Of a DNA stretch of 64,000 nt, positions 9,069 to 17,232 are shown in pieces (position 1 is the first letter of the stretch; every line of letters starts with the position of its first letter). This stretch comes from a virus. A model generated the notes under the pieces. It saw nothing but the letters and a program-made list of their open reading frames with translations, did not search any database and was not told where the DNA came from. The DNA lies in IMG/VR virus record IMGVR_UViG_3300042888_002665; one strand, written 5' to 3'. The translations under genes and the position numbers were made by a program.

Positions 9069-9815
9069 CTATTGGGCGTTGAAGTAATCCATAACCTCGT
9101 TGATTGACATTTTTCTGAATATAACATCTACTTTCTCATGTACATATTCCTTATCACGAGTACTATACACTTCAAATGTTACATAACTACCTGATTTGAA
9201 TGTAACTGTAACAGTATCAAATTCAGTATAATTACGACCACGACTATAACCTTTACCTGCTGTTACTTCAGCGTCTGGATATAATTTCTTATACTTATCA
9301 ACTGTATATTCTACTGTTGATTTGGTTTTATTAGCAATTTCGTATTTGTATTTAGCAGTTTCAGCTGCTTTAGCGATGTTAGCTAATATTGTAGCAGGTT
9401 TCATTGCTCGTGAATTGTTATTTAACCAATAACATTCCATTTTATCACCACGTAGATCAACTGATGCTTTACGTTTAATGATTTCATTCTTACCCTTATC
9501 GTATTCATCAAACACAATATAGAAGTTACCTTTGAAATGATCTAATTCAACTTCAACCATTTTATGTTCTTCTCTCCATGAATTAACATTAATTTCACGC
9601 ATCACTTTAATACAGTCAATGCTGTAGCCGTAATGATTTGATGTGAATCCAGCAGCATCTACTATTGCTGCTTTACGTATTACTTCTAATCTCTGACGAT
9701 CCATTTGCTTTGTAGCGTCTGCTTTAGCAGTGACAACACGTTGTTCTTGTTCTACCGTTAGCATATCTGCGAATAATGGTAGTTGATTTGGGGCAATTTC
9801 GATTGTATTTTCCAT
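9069..9815 (-). CDS. hypothetical protein
   Basis: ORF track 248 aa; promoter near 9838. Confidence 0.7.
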   Translation of the reverse strand: MENTIEIAPNQLPLFADMLTVEQEQRVVTAKADATKQMDRQRLEVIRKAAIVDAAGFTSNHYGYSIDCIKVMREINVNSWREEHKMVEVELDHFKGNFYIVFDEYDKGKNEIIKRKASVDLRGDKMECYWLNNNSRAMKPATILANIAKAAETAKYKYEIANKTKSTVEYTVDKYKKLYPDAEVTAGKGYSRGRNYTEFDTVTVTFKSGSYVTFEVYSTRDKEYVHEKVDVIFRKMSINEVMDYFNAQ

Positions 9816-9846
9816 ATGTTTGTTTATTTGTACAGAGTAAATGTAA

Positions 9847-10128
9847 TTAGGAAAGTTGTTCTAACCTATCAGCCTCAGGAATAATAACTGTTTGAATGTA
9901 ATCGTTGAACAGCGTTTCGTGTTCAATCATTTCGGCAGGTGCCCAATTGTAAGTACATACATCATAATATGATCTATGATATGACATTGACTCGTTTGGA
10001 TAATTTTCATTTGTCAATGTATACGTTCCATCACCCTCAACATCGTCTACTTCGTATTCGGGATAATTTTCTGATAACCACGTTAGGAACGTTTTGTTAA
10101 TTAATTTGCGTTTTTCTGTCTTATTCAT
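9847..10128 (-). CDS. hypothetical protein (start moved to MNKTEK)
   Basis: AAACAAACAT ATG at 10128, downstream of promoter 10159-10175; the longer ORF-track start lies upstream of the promoter. Confidence 0.6.
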   Translation of the reverse strand: MNKTEKRKLINKTFLTWLSENYPEYEVDDVEGDGTYTLTNENYPNESMSYHRSYYDVCTYNWAPAEMIEHETLFNDYIQTVIIPEADRLEQLS

Positions 10129-10158
10129 ATGTTTGTTTGTTTTAATTTTCGAACATAG

Positions 10159-10175
10159 TAAAGATAATAAGGAAA
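10159..10175 (-). promoter_or_regulatory. representative copy of the recurrent phage promoter TTTCYTWATTAnnTTTA
   Basis: Similar copies at 1067, 3762, 4180, 6460, 7238, 7653, 9041, 12285, 15263, 16134, 17206, 24499, 41484, 46144, 63413 and others; always 15-45 nt upstream of a minus-strand start. Confidence 0.8.
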
Positions 10176-10192
10176 GAGGGCCGAAGCCCTCT
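10175..10192 (-). terminator. hairpin AGAGGGC-TTCG-GCCCTCT fused to the promoter motif
   Basis: 7-bp GC stem, UUCG loop, followed by TTCCTTATT that is also the upstream part of the promoter motif. Confidence 0.7.
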
Positions 10193-10198
10193 GTCCAT

Positions 10199-10459
10199 TT
10201 ATTCACCTCTGTTTCCCGCTTTTTGGAATTTCTTATAATCAGGAATACCCTCGAAATTACGTTGCCAATAATCGAAGTCCTTCTCGCTCATTGGCATTCC
10301 GAATACATGATATTCTTTTAATTTGCGATCGCCTTGTGGGATTAATGCAGGTCCGTCTGAATTGTGTAGTTGTTTTTTACCACCACGATCTAAATAATAT
10401 CCGATCGTTCCGTCTGCTGTTTTAAATTTACCGTACTTTAGTTTATTGTACTTTTCCAT
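10199..10459 (-). CDS. hypothetical protein with HxxDGPA motif
   Basis: LHNSDGPALI motif common in phage proteins. Confidence 0.6.
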   Translation of the reverse strand: MEKYNKLKYGKFKTADGTIGYYLDRGGKKQLHNSDGPALIPQGDRKLKEYHVFGMPMSEKDFDYWQRNFEGIPDYKKFQKAGNRGE

Positions 10460-10584
10460 AATTTATTTTTTAATATTCCACTTTTTTTCTAAATAATCGT
10501 AATAGCGTTGTGTTTTATTTCCATTATATAGGAAATATACTAAATGGATATCAATCCACAATTCAATTTTACTTAGTAACTGTT

Positions 10585-11310
10585 TCATCTTTTATATGTG
10601 TTAAATTTAATTTCACCGTTATCCGTACTAATTTGTTCTAAAATCATATACTGACCTGATGTGCCTAATGTATCAATATAGTAGTAACGACCACCTGTTG
10701 ATTTACCTTCAGTATCAATTTTACCTTGTGTAGTATGACCTACAACTTGAATATAATGTGATCGTAATACATCATAATTTGATCTCTGTAATGCATCCGG
10801 TCGAATCCAAATTGGAGACGACTCAACACTATCACCATATGGATCACGTCCTGTAAATTTAAATTTATTTGGTTTATATCTCCATATATCATTTACAAAA
10901 TCAGATACATACTCTCCATTCCATCCATTATTTTTCAACCAATTAGCTGATACACCAGCATGACTAAATACGAACACGCCCATTTGATAACACATCTGTA
11001 AATGTTCTTTATTATCTTCTAATAATTGTTCAATAGCAGCTCTAGCTCCGGCTTGGTATCCTGAATAATGCTCAGTAATACCTCTCATATAATGATAATC
11101 ATGATTACCAATCAACATAATCACTTCAGACTGTCCTGATTTCTTCCAATCAATAATTTCCTGAAAGTTATACATCTGCTCAGCCGCAGTATAATTATCA
11201 TATGAATCAAAGTAATCACCTATGAATATAACTCGGTCTGGAGCTTCATTTGCTACAATACCTTTCCAACAATCACGTCCGTGAATGTCACCTATTATAA
11301 CTGTTTTCAT
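10585..11310 (-). CDS. calcineurin-like metallophosphoesterase
   Basis: GDIHG, GDYFD, GNHD, HAG and GHT motifs. Confidence 0.9.
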   Translation of the reverse strand: MKTVIIGDIHGRDCWKGIVANEAPDRVIFIGDYFDSYDNYTAAEQMYNFQEIIDWKKSGQSEVIMLIGNHDYHYMRGITEHYSGYQAGARAAIEQLLEDNKEHLQMCYQMGVFVFSHAGVSANWLKNNGWNGEYVSDFVNDIWRYKPNKFKFTGRDPYGDSVESSPIWIRPDALQRSNYDVLRSHYIQVVGHTTQGKIDTEGKSTGGRYYYIDTLGTSGQYMILEQISTDNGEIKFNTYKR

Positions 11311-11312
11311 AA

Positions 11313-11531
11313 CTATATATGTAAATGGTCTTTAATGTTTTGAATATGCTTACACACTTTAGTACGTCCACATTGGAATGCTAAGCAATTGCATCTCAAT
11401 TGGTTATCTTGATTTCGTACTACCTTATAATTCTGATATTTACCTTTTGTATCTTTGGACCCCATCACTACGTAAGTAATAGTCCATTTTTCAGTTGGTA
11501 TCTGTGTTGATTTTGGTCGTCCTCTGGGCAT
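11313..11531 (-). CDS. SWIM zinc-finger protein
   Basis: CNCLAF...CKHI (CxC-xn-CxH). Confidence 0.7.
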   Translation of the reverse strand: MPRGRPKSTQIPTEKWTITYVVMGSKDTKGKYQNYKVVRNQDNQLRCNCLAFQCGRTKVCKHIQNIKDHLHI

Positions 11532-11676
11532 CTGATAGTTGGTTTTGTAATTGACGTATTTCTAATTGTAACATTTTATATTCATTTGAGCGTAGTCCAT
11601 CTTTACTCGACAACAATATTATTGTTGACTGATTGTGTAAATTCATCAGTTGAGTAATTATGGTATTTGTTTCCAC
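11491..11676 (-). CDS. hypothetical coiled-coil protein
   Basis: ORF track. Confidence 0.5.
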   Translation of the reverse strand: METNTIITQLMNLHNQSTIILLSSKDGLRSNEYKMLQLEIRQLQNQLSDAQRTTKINTDTN

Positions 11677-11684
11677 TGCTCATA

Positions 11685-11879
11685 TTATATACACATATAA
11701 ATATAATGGGACATATCTCTATGTCCCTTATGTTTTACTTGATATAATTTATCTCGTTTACCTTTACCTGTTCGTTGCGTAGTCATTCTAGATATAATAT
11801 GACAACTTTCACCTATTGATAGTGGTTCCGGTTTGAATTGATCTAAAATTTCTGCAAATGTTAATTTATTCATTTTCAT
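11685..11879 (-). CDS. hypothetical protein
   Basis: ORF track; promoter near 11884. Confidence 0.5.
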   Translation of the reverse strand: MKMNKLTFAEILDQFKPEPLSIGESCHIISRMTTQRTGKGKRDKLYQVKHKGHRDMSHYIYMCI

Positions 11880-11902
11880 ACCTTAAAGGTAATTAAGAAA
11901 TC

Positions 11903-12262
11903 TTATTTATCCAAGCCTGCTAATTTTTCAAAACGCTCATACATCGAAGCATAATCACGAGGTACTTCACGGTTCGCTTCTTCATCCTCGTATTTATCAA
12001 CTGTTGCTTGGTCTTCAGGTGACAATTCATTTGAAATAGGTACTAATTCATACCAAAACAACCAACCTGTATCTTCATCATAATCATCTATTTCATTTGC
12101 TTTTAGACCTAATTTAGCTAAACCAGCGTTTAATCCCTCTAAATCTCTTTGACGATTCCAATATCCTGTTCTGATATATGGTCTTTCACCTTGTAAACGA
12201 TCAATTTGAGCATTAGGTTCTAATTCTAAAACGCCTTGTATTTGTTCTGGAGTTAATTTCAT
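11903..12262 (-). CDS. hypothetical protein
   Basis: ORF track; promoter 12285-12301. Confidence 0.6.
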   Translation of the reverse strand: MKLTPEQIQGVLELEPNAQIDRLQGERPYIRTGYWNRQRDLEGLNAGLAKLGLKANEIDDYDEDTGWLFWYELVPISNELSPEDQATVDKYEDEEANREVPRDYASMYERFEKLAGLDK

Positions 12263-12300
12263 TTTATTATTTATTCATTTGATATAAATATAATTAAGAA

Positions 12301-12320
12301 AGGGGAACCGAAGCCCCCCT
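12301..12320 (-). terminator. hairpin AGGGGGGC-TTCG-GTTCCCCT fused to the promoter motif
   Basis: 8-bp stem with two G-U pairs, UUCG loop, then TTCTTAATTATATTTAT. Confidence 0.7.
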
Positions 12321-12341
12321 TAATCAAAATACTAATGTTAA

Positions 12342-12515
12342 TTACTGGACATTCTTAGCAGTATCAGCAGCAGCAGTGTCGGCTACAACTGTATCAGCAG
12401 CAATAGTATCTACTGTAGTTGAATCAGCAGTAGTAGATTCTGTTTTAGAACCACATGATGTAGCTGCTAATGCGATAAATAATGCAACGAATGTTAGTGC
12501 GAATAAATTTTTCAT
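12342..12515 (-). CDS. small Bacteroidota-type lipoprotein (57 aa) with five D-S/T-x O-glycosylation sequons
   Basis: Hand-translated MKNLFALTFVALFIALAATSC-GSKTESTTADSTTVDTIAADTVVADTAAADTAKNVQ; lipobox ATSC; ATATTTAT promoter core near 12538. Confidence 0.75.
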   Translation of the reverse strand: MKNLFALTFVALFIALAATSCGSKTESTTADSTTVDTIAADTVVADTAAADTAKNVQ

Positions 12516-12545
12516 TTTTACTTGGTTTTGGTTTATTATAAATAT

Positions 12546-12770
12546 TTACTTTTTATTTGAAGGTATAATTATTATACTCTGTCTACGTTTTGGTGAATGA
12601 GGTATAATAATTCTGTTATATCTACGATTAGGCAAATGATATCCATTAACGCCTATACGATGATAAGGTTGTAATCTAGTGTTTACACGTCTAACTCCAA
12701 ATCCAGGAATGTAGGTATAACAACTCGACGTCATAGTAGCAATCAATAACAATAATATTAATTTTTTCAT
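12546..12770 (-). CDS. small basic lipoprotein (start moved to MKKLIL)
   Basis: MKKLILLLLIATMTSSC lipobox-like signal. Confidence 0.55.
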   Translation of the reverse strand: MKKLILLLLIATMTSSCYTYIPGFGVRRVNTRLQPYHRIGVNGYHLPNRRYNRIIIPHSPKRRQSIIIIPSNKK

Positions 12771-12795
12771 ATGATTAAATGTAATGAAGACACTT

Positions 12796-13902
12796 TTAAA
12801 ATCCAATTTTACGTTTTGTATCTACAGCTTTATATTCGATTTCCTGTAAATTATATATTTCAGTTAATGTCATATCATCAGTAGCGATGTGATCCATTCC
12901 TAAATGTTTGATTAACTTATTTGCATCGTCGACTTTTAACTTATCGAATTTATGTTCAGCAATTAATCTACCTTTACGTAATAATGCTGTATCAATCTTT
13001 TTACGATCCATATTAAACGTGGCGACTATTTGAATGTTTAATATATCTCCCAGAATACCGTCAGTCAAGTTTAGTATATTAGATACACCGTTGGCTCCGT
13101 TAGTATCTCGGTCAGTAATAACACGTTCAGCATCTTCAATGAATAGAATTGAATCGCTGTTTTCAATTAAAAACGGAGTCATTTCAGGGGAGGTGATGAA
13201 GTCTACTAAATATGGTGGAACGAACATCACCTTCTTGTCCTTGATTTTAGAGGCTAAATATTTTAAGTAGTGTGTCTTGCCTGTACCTGGTTCACCATGT
13301 AATAGAACTAATCCATTAGCGTTCTTTTTATTTAGTGTTGATAATATCTTATCATGCACTGGTATAAATGACGAACCATAATTATGTTCTAAATCCAATT
13401 TTTGCTTAGGCAGATCGAATGTTTGAGTATCATATCCGTGACGAGTCTGAACAATTAGTGATATATTGTTTTCTTTTGTTTTGTGTTTTTTAAGAATTTT
13501 AAATAATTCTTCCCTAAATAATTCAAATCCACTATCACTTATGTTTGAATAAATAATAATAGTACGTTCGTTTTCATCTTCCCAATCATTATCTTCACCA
13601 CCATTAATTTTTTTAAACGCGTATGGTGATATCTTCAACGCAATCATTGATGGTTGTCCTTTCTCATTAATAACTGTTTTGCCAAAGTATTTATGTTGGC
13701 TACGCTTTTTAGGTGTAGAGTAATAAGTTGAATACAACTCAGTAAAATTCCATTTACTAAGAAACTTACTTAAATCATCATTTTTAAATGAATAATCATT
13801 GATACTCTCATAATGACTAACCCATCTATCTGTTGCTTCAAATATTTTATGGGCAACAGGATATTCATTATCTTCAACATTAACGTATGGAGCTTTATTC
13901 AT
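12796..13902 (-). CDS. AAA+ ATPase
   Basis: Walker A GEPGTGKT, Walker B ILFIEDAE, LNLTDG, sensor TFN, arginine finger ALLRKGRL. Confidence 0.9.
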   Translation of the reverse strand: MNKAPYVNVEDNEYPVAHKIFEATDRWVSHYESINDYSFKNDDLSKFLSKWNFTELYSTYYSTPKKRSQHKYFGKTVINEKGQPSMIALKISPYAFKKINGGEDNDWEDENERTIIIYSNISDSGFELFREELFKILKKHKTKENNISLIVQTRHGYDTQTFDLPKQKLDLEHNYGSSFIPVHDKILSTLNKKNANGLVLLHGEPGTGKTHYLKYLASKIKDKKVMFVPPYLVDFITSPEMTPFLIENSDSILFIEDAERVITDRDTNGANGVSNILNLTDGILGDILNIQIVATFNMDRKKIDTALLRKGRLIAEHKFDKLKVDDANKLIKHLGMDHIATDDMTLTEIYNLQEIEYKAVDTKRKIGF

Positions 13903-14141
13903 TATTTAATATAAATGTACTGTGACTTATTACGTTTTTCAAATGCTTTATCAGCTTTCCAATTTTGAATTTGCCATTCAGCTAATTTTTGTGTTTGAAA
14001 TGAAGCATAATGTTCTACCCAATGTAGTCCAACTCGTTTAGACGGAGTATAATATGTTTGGGATTCGGTTTCATTTACCCTAACACGATAAGCTGAACAA
14101 CTGCTTAATAATAATGTTCCTAATATTAATAACTTTTTCAT
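13902..14141 (-). CDS. small lipoprotein
   Basis: MKKLLILGTLLLSSC lipobox. Confidence 0.6.
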   Translation of the reverse strand: MKKLLILGTLLLSSCSAYRVRVNETESQTYYTPSKRVGLHWVEHYASFQTQKLAEWQIQNWKADKAFEKRNKSQYIYIK

Positions 14142-14776
14142 TATACAAATCGTTTTATGTGATGATCAAATTCAAATCCTGATTTAATCGGTTGATTACC
14201 CATTAATCGTTTAATGTCTGATGTGTGTAGTGGATTTAATCCATTTCCATCTACACCTACATCCATTGTTTTACCTTTACCAATACGCCGATCAGCAGAT
14301 AAGTGAACGTGTCCGTGTAAATGTATTACACCATCATTCATTTTATTCCAAGATATAATTGGGTAATGCATCAAAACATAGTTTTGTTCCCAATCTTTAC
14401 CTTTAACTTCTAACTCTAAGTACTGATTAACTGAAGTAAATAATCCTCTAATACCTTCACGATCGCGTTCGATGTGATGATCATGATTACCTAAAATGAT
14501 ATGTATGTTTCTACAATTAATACGATTACGAAATTGTTCAATCATTTCAAACCCACCAAACGACCAATCACCTAAGTGAAATAGTATATCGTCTTGACCA
14601 ACTGCTGAATTAATTCCATTTACAATTCTATCATTCATTTGATCTAATGTATCAAAATCACGAGTAAATCCATCAGCATTACTCCACCTTGTAGTACCAC
14701 GACATATGTTTGTATGCATATAGTGTGTATCTGAAGTAAAGTACAATTGTTGGGTTGGTTCTAATTTAATTTTCAT
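14141..14776 (-). CDS. calcineurin-like metallophosphoesterase
   Basis: SDTH, HLGDW, LGNHD, MHYP, HGHVH, DVGVD. Confidence 0.9.
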   Translation of the reverse strand: MKIKLEPTQQLYFTSDTHYMHTNICRGTTRWSNADGFTRDFDTLDQMNDRIVNGINSAVGQDDILFHLGDWSFGGFEMIEQFRNRINCRNIHIILGNHDHHIERDREGIRGLFTSVNQYLELEVKGKDWEQNYVLMHYPIISWNKMNDGVIHLHGHVHLSADRRIGKGKTMDVGVDGNGLNPLHTSDIKRLMGNQPIKSGFEFDHHIKRFV

Positions 14777-14917
14777 GTTTCTGTTTATATCTTATTACAG
14801 CAGCCCATTTTAACCATCCTATAGTTAATGTCCCTCTATTGTATTCTCCCCACCCATTATAATAAGTAATAGCTGGGATTAATTCGAATACATTTACTTG
14901 TTTTTTAAATTCGATTA

Positions 14918-15076
14918 TCATCCTATTTGTGTTTTATCGTCGTCATCTAATCCGAACAAGTCATTACCTGTATAATCAGGGTGGTTCTTATCCATGTAGT
15001 CAAATCCACGTATCCATAACCAAATAAATGGTGATGCTAATAATACAATAAATCCAAACAATGCTAAGAATTCCAT
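14918..15076 (-). CDS. small membrane protein (52 aa)
   Basis: Hand-translated MEFLALFGFIVLLASPFIWLWIRGFDYMDKNHPDYTGNDLF... Confidence 0.55.
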   Translation of the reverse strand: MEFLALFGFIVLLASPFIWLWIRGFDYMDKNHPDYTGNDLFGLDDDDKTQIG

Positions 15077-15274
15077 ACTTCAAACGATGTTTTTGATTTA
15101 TTCTGCTTTAATTCAGTTAAATTATACTTACGCATATATTCTTGTTTTTGGCGAGTATAATACGCTTTTAATTCTTTATCAATATGATCATCCCATCCTA
15201 TAGGAGTAGATTGAATATTAAAGATATCCTTTTTAGCTGTCATAATGTTTGTTTTTATATTCTAAAAATAATAA

Positions 15275-15300
15275 AGAAAAGGGGCCGAAGCCCCCTTTCT
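15275..15300 (-). terminator. hairpin AGAAAGGGGGC-TTCG-GCCCCTTTTCT fused to the promoter motif
   Basis: 11-bp stem directly after the DUF932 stop; 3' arm runs into TTTATTATTTTTA. Confidence 0.75.
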
Positions 15301-15301
15301 A

Positions 15302-16105
15302 TTAAGCTACTTCAGCGTATTCGCTTACATACTGATCGGCTAACTCCCATAATTCGGAATTGAATTCGATGTTCTGTGTGAAGTTCTTCAACGCTCTTGC
15401 TTTGCGTGTTTTGCCTTTTTCGTTTTGGTAATTAAATCCACCACCAACTAGCTTCTCCTGAACGCGGTTCAAAATTGCCCACATTGACATACCAGCATCT
15501 TCTTTACGTTCAACTAACAGTAATTGATCTGTATTAATTTCTTTCAAATTATCTCCAAAACGTAATTGAGCTGCTTTAGCTGCAAACGCATTAGCCATTT
15601 CATCTGAAATAGTTACATTGTTGAATTTATTAATACGGCCTACTACATCAGGTAATTTTTCAACCATTGTATGAATTAATGAACGTAATGCTTCAAAATC
15701 ATAACCTTGATGACGGATCTTTAATGTGCCCATATCTTGGTCTTTAATTACTAAACCATTCGAACACACTAAACGGAATATACCTACCTCGAATCGGAAT
15801 GTAGACGAGCCGTCGTGTGAATTGGTTAATAAAATTTCAATATATGAATCAACATTACCATCTGCATCAGCCATATACACACCCTCATTACGGAATTTAA
15901 CTAAGTGCTTTTTAATTGCTGAATTACCACCTTTACGGGCCTTAACACCAAGTGCTTGAATTGGTTCCCATCCTAATTTTCTCATGTCTTCAACTACCTG
16001 AATGGTAGGAATCTGAGTGTAGTGATCTGATAAACCGGCCTTGTGCTCGGTTGACATTACTGCGGGTGCGATCGCTTGGATCTGCTCGTTTGATAAAATG
16101 TTCAT
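15302..16105 (-). CDS. DUF932/DUF945 (YubP-like) family protein
   Basis: YTQIPT...KHLVKFR...LLTNSHDGSSTFRFEVGIFRLVCSNGLV. Confidence 0.85.
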   Translation of the reverse strand: MNILSNEQIQAIAPAVMSTEHKAGLSDHYTQIPTIQVVEDMRKLGWEPIQALGVKARKGGNSAIKKHLVKFRNEGVYMADADGNVDSYIEILLTNSHDGSSTFRFEVGIFRLVCSNGLVIKDQDMGTLKIRHQGYDFEALRSLIHTMVEKLPDVVGRINKFNNVTISDEMANAFAAKAAQLRFGDNLKEINTDQLLLVERKEDAGMSMWAILNRVQEKLVGGGFNYQNEKGKTRKARALKNFTQNIEFNSELWELADQYVSEYAEVA

Positions 16106-16161
16106 ATTTTGTTTATTTATTTGTTTTACAAATTAAAGATAATAAGGAAATTCTCACTTTC

Positions 16162-16374
16162 CTAGAATTTATAAGTAGTTTCTTCAATATCTTCACTTGA
16201 TCCTTGTCTAACAGGACGAGTCGAAATCGGGGAAATTGAATAGCCTATAGTTTCAAGCATTGCGTTCAAGTTAGCTACTTTAGGGTATGCCATTTTTTCT
16301 AATTCAGAGCCGATACCTTTAAGTAAAAGCATCTCTTTGTAATCGCGTGTTGTTTTTTTGTTTGTACTCTCCAT
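16162..16374 (-). CDS. hypothetical protein
   Basis: ORF track; promoter near 16412. Confidence 0.55.
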   Translation of the reverse strand: MESTNKKTTRDYKEMLLLKGIGSELEKMAYPKVANLNAMLETIGYSISPISTRPVRQGSSEDIEETTYKF

Positions 16375-16431
16375 TTTGTTTGTTTTTTAAATTGAAAATT
16401 TATTTTATAAGGTAAATATAATAAGGAAATC

Positions 16432-17052
16432 TTATATTGATCTGTATGCTTGACTAATTCGTTTAGCGACTAGTTCTTTATAATCATCAGCAGCAGCGAT
16501 AAATTCACCACGTGACGCATTCCATAATACTAATTCAGCTTTACGTCTGCGTACTAATCCTTTACGAACACGTCCACCTGCTAATTTATATTGAGATAGA
16601 TACGGTTCAATGTTACGTCCACGCTTAATTGCTCTACCTAATCCATCAGTGGTAAAACGCATTCCGATGTTGTAGGCAATCATTGATGTTAATATAATCT
16701 TTTTACGTGATTTTAATTCTGGGAAACGACGTTTAACGTCTTTAATGAATTTAGCATAATCCTTATCAAATAATTCATCTGCTTGCTTAACTGAAATGCC
16801 ATTACGGTATAAACGGCGTTCCTTTCTGGTCATGACGTGACCCCACCCAATGGTCCATTTACCGCCTGGGCATTTATACGGTTTTAATTTTAATGATTCT
16901 TCTGATTTGATAAATAAAGCAGCGGTGTTGTAGAGTTTGTCGTCTGATGTGTCTACTGCTTCGATAATTGGGGGTTCGACTTTGGGTTTGTGTTTGTCGT
17001 TATAACCTACCCACAATGCGGCTAGCATAGCCGTTATGACTATTTTCTTCAT
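16432..17052 (-). CDS. GH24 phage lysozyme with N-terminal signal/anchor
   Basis: SEESLKLKPYKCPGGKWTIGWGH (E-x8-C-x5-T triad), YNIG, GLVRRRKAE; hydrophobic N-terminus. Confidence 0.85.
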   Translation of the reverse strand: MKKIVITAMLAALWVGYNDKHKPKVEPPIIEAVDTSDDKLYNTAALFIKSEESLKLKPYKCPGGKWTIGWGHVMTRKERRLYRNGISVKQADELFDKDYAKFIKDVKRRFPELKSRKKIILTSMIAYNIGMRFTTDGLGRAIKRGRNIEPYLSQYKLAGGRVRKGLVRRRKAELVLWNASRGEFIAAADDYKELVAKRISQAYRSI

Positions 17053-17114
17053 AAGTAATGTTGGTTAAATTGTTAAACTTATAATCTAAAGTTAATTAAG
17101 AGAACCTTAGTTTC

Positions 17115-17183
17115 CTAAGGTTCATCTTCAAATTCGGGATATCCGTATCCACTTTCAATCCATTCTTCTAATTCTAACTTCAT
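17115..17183 (-). CDS. 22-aa acidic peptide with dedicated promoter
   Basis: MKLELEEWIESGYGYPEFEDEP; promoter motif 17206-17222 upstream, hairpin 17102-17123 over the stop. Confidence 0.4.
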   Translation of the reverse strand: MKLELEEWIESGYGYPEFEDEP

Positions 17184-17232
17184 GGTCTTATCTTTTAGTA
17201 CGTAGTAAAGATAATAAAGAAACTTTAAATTA

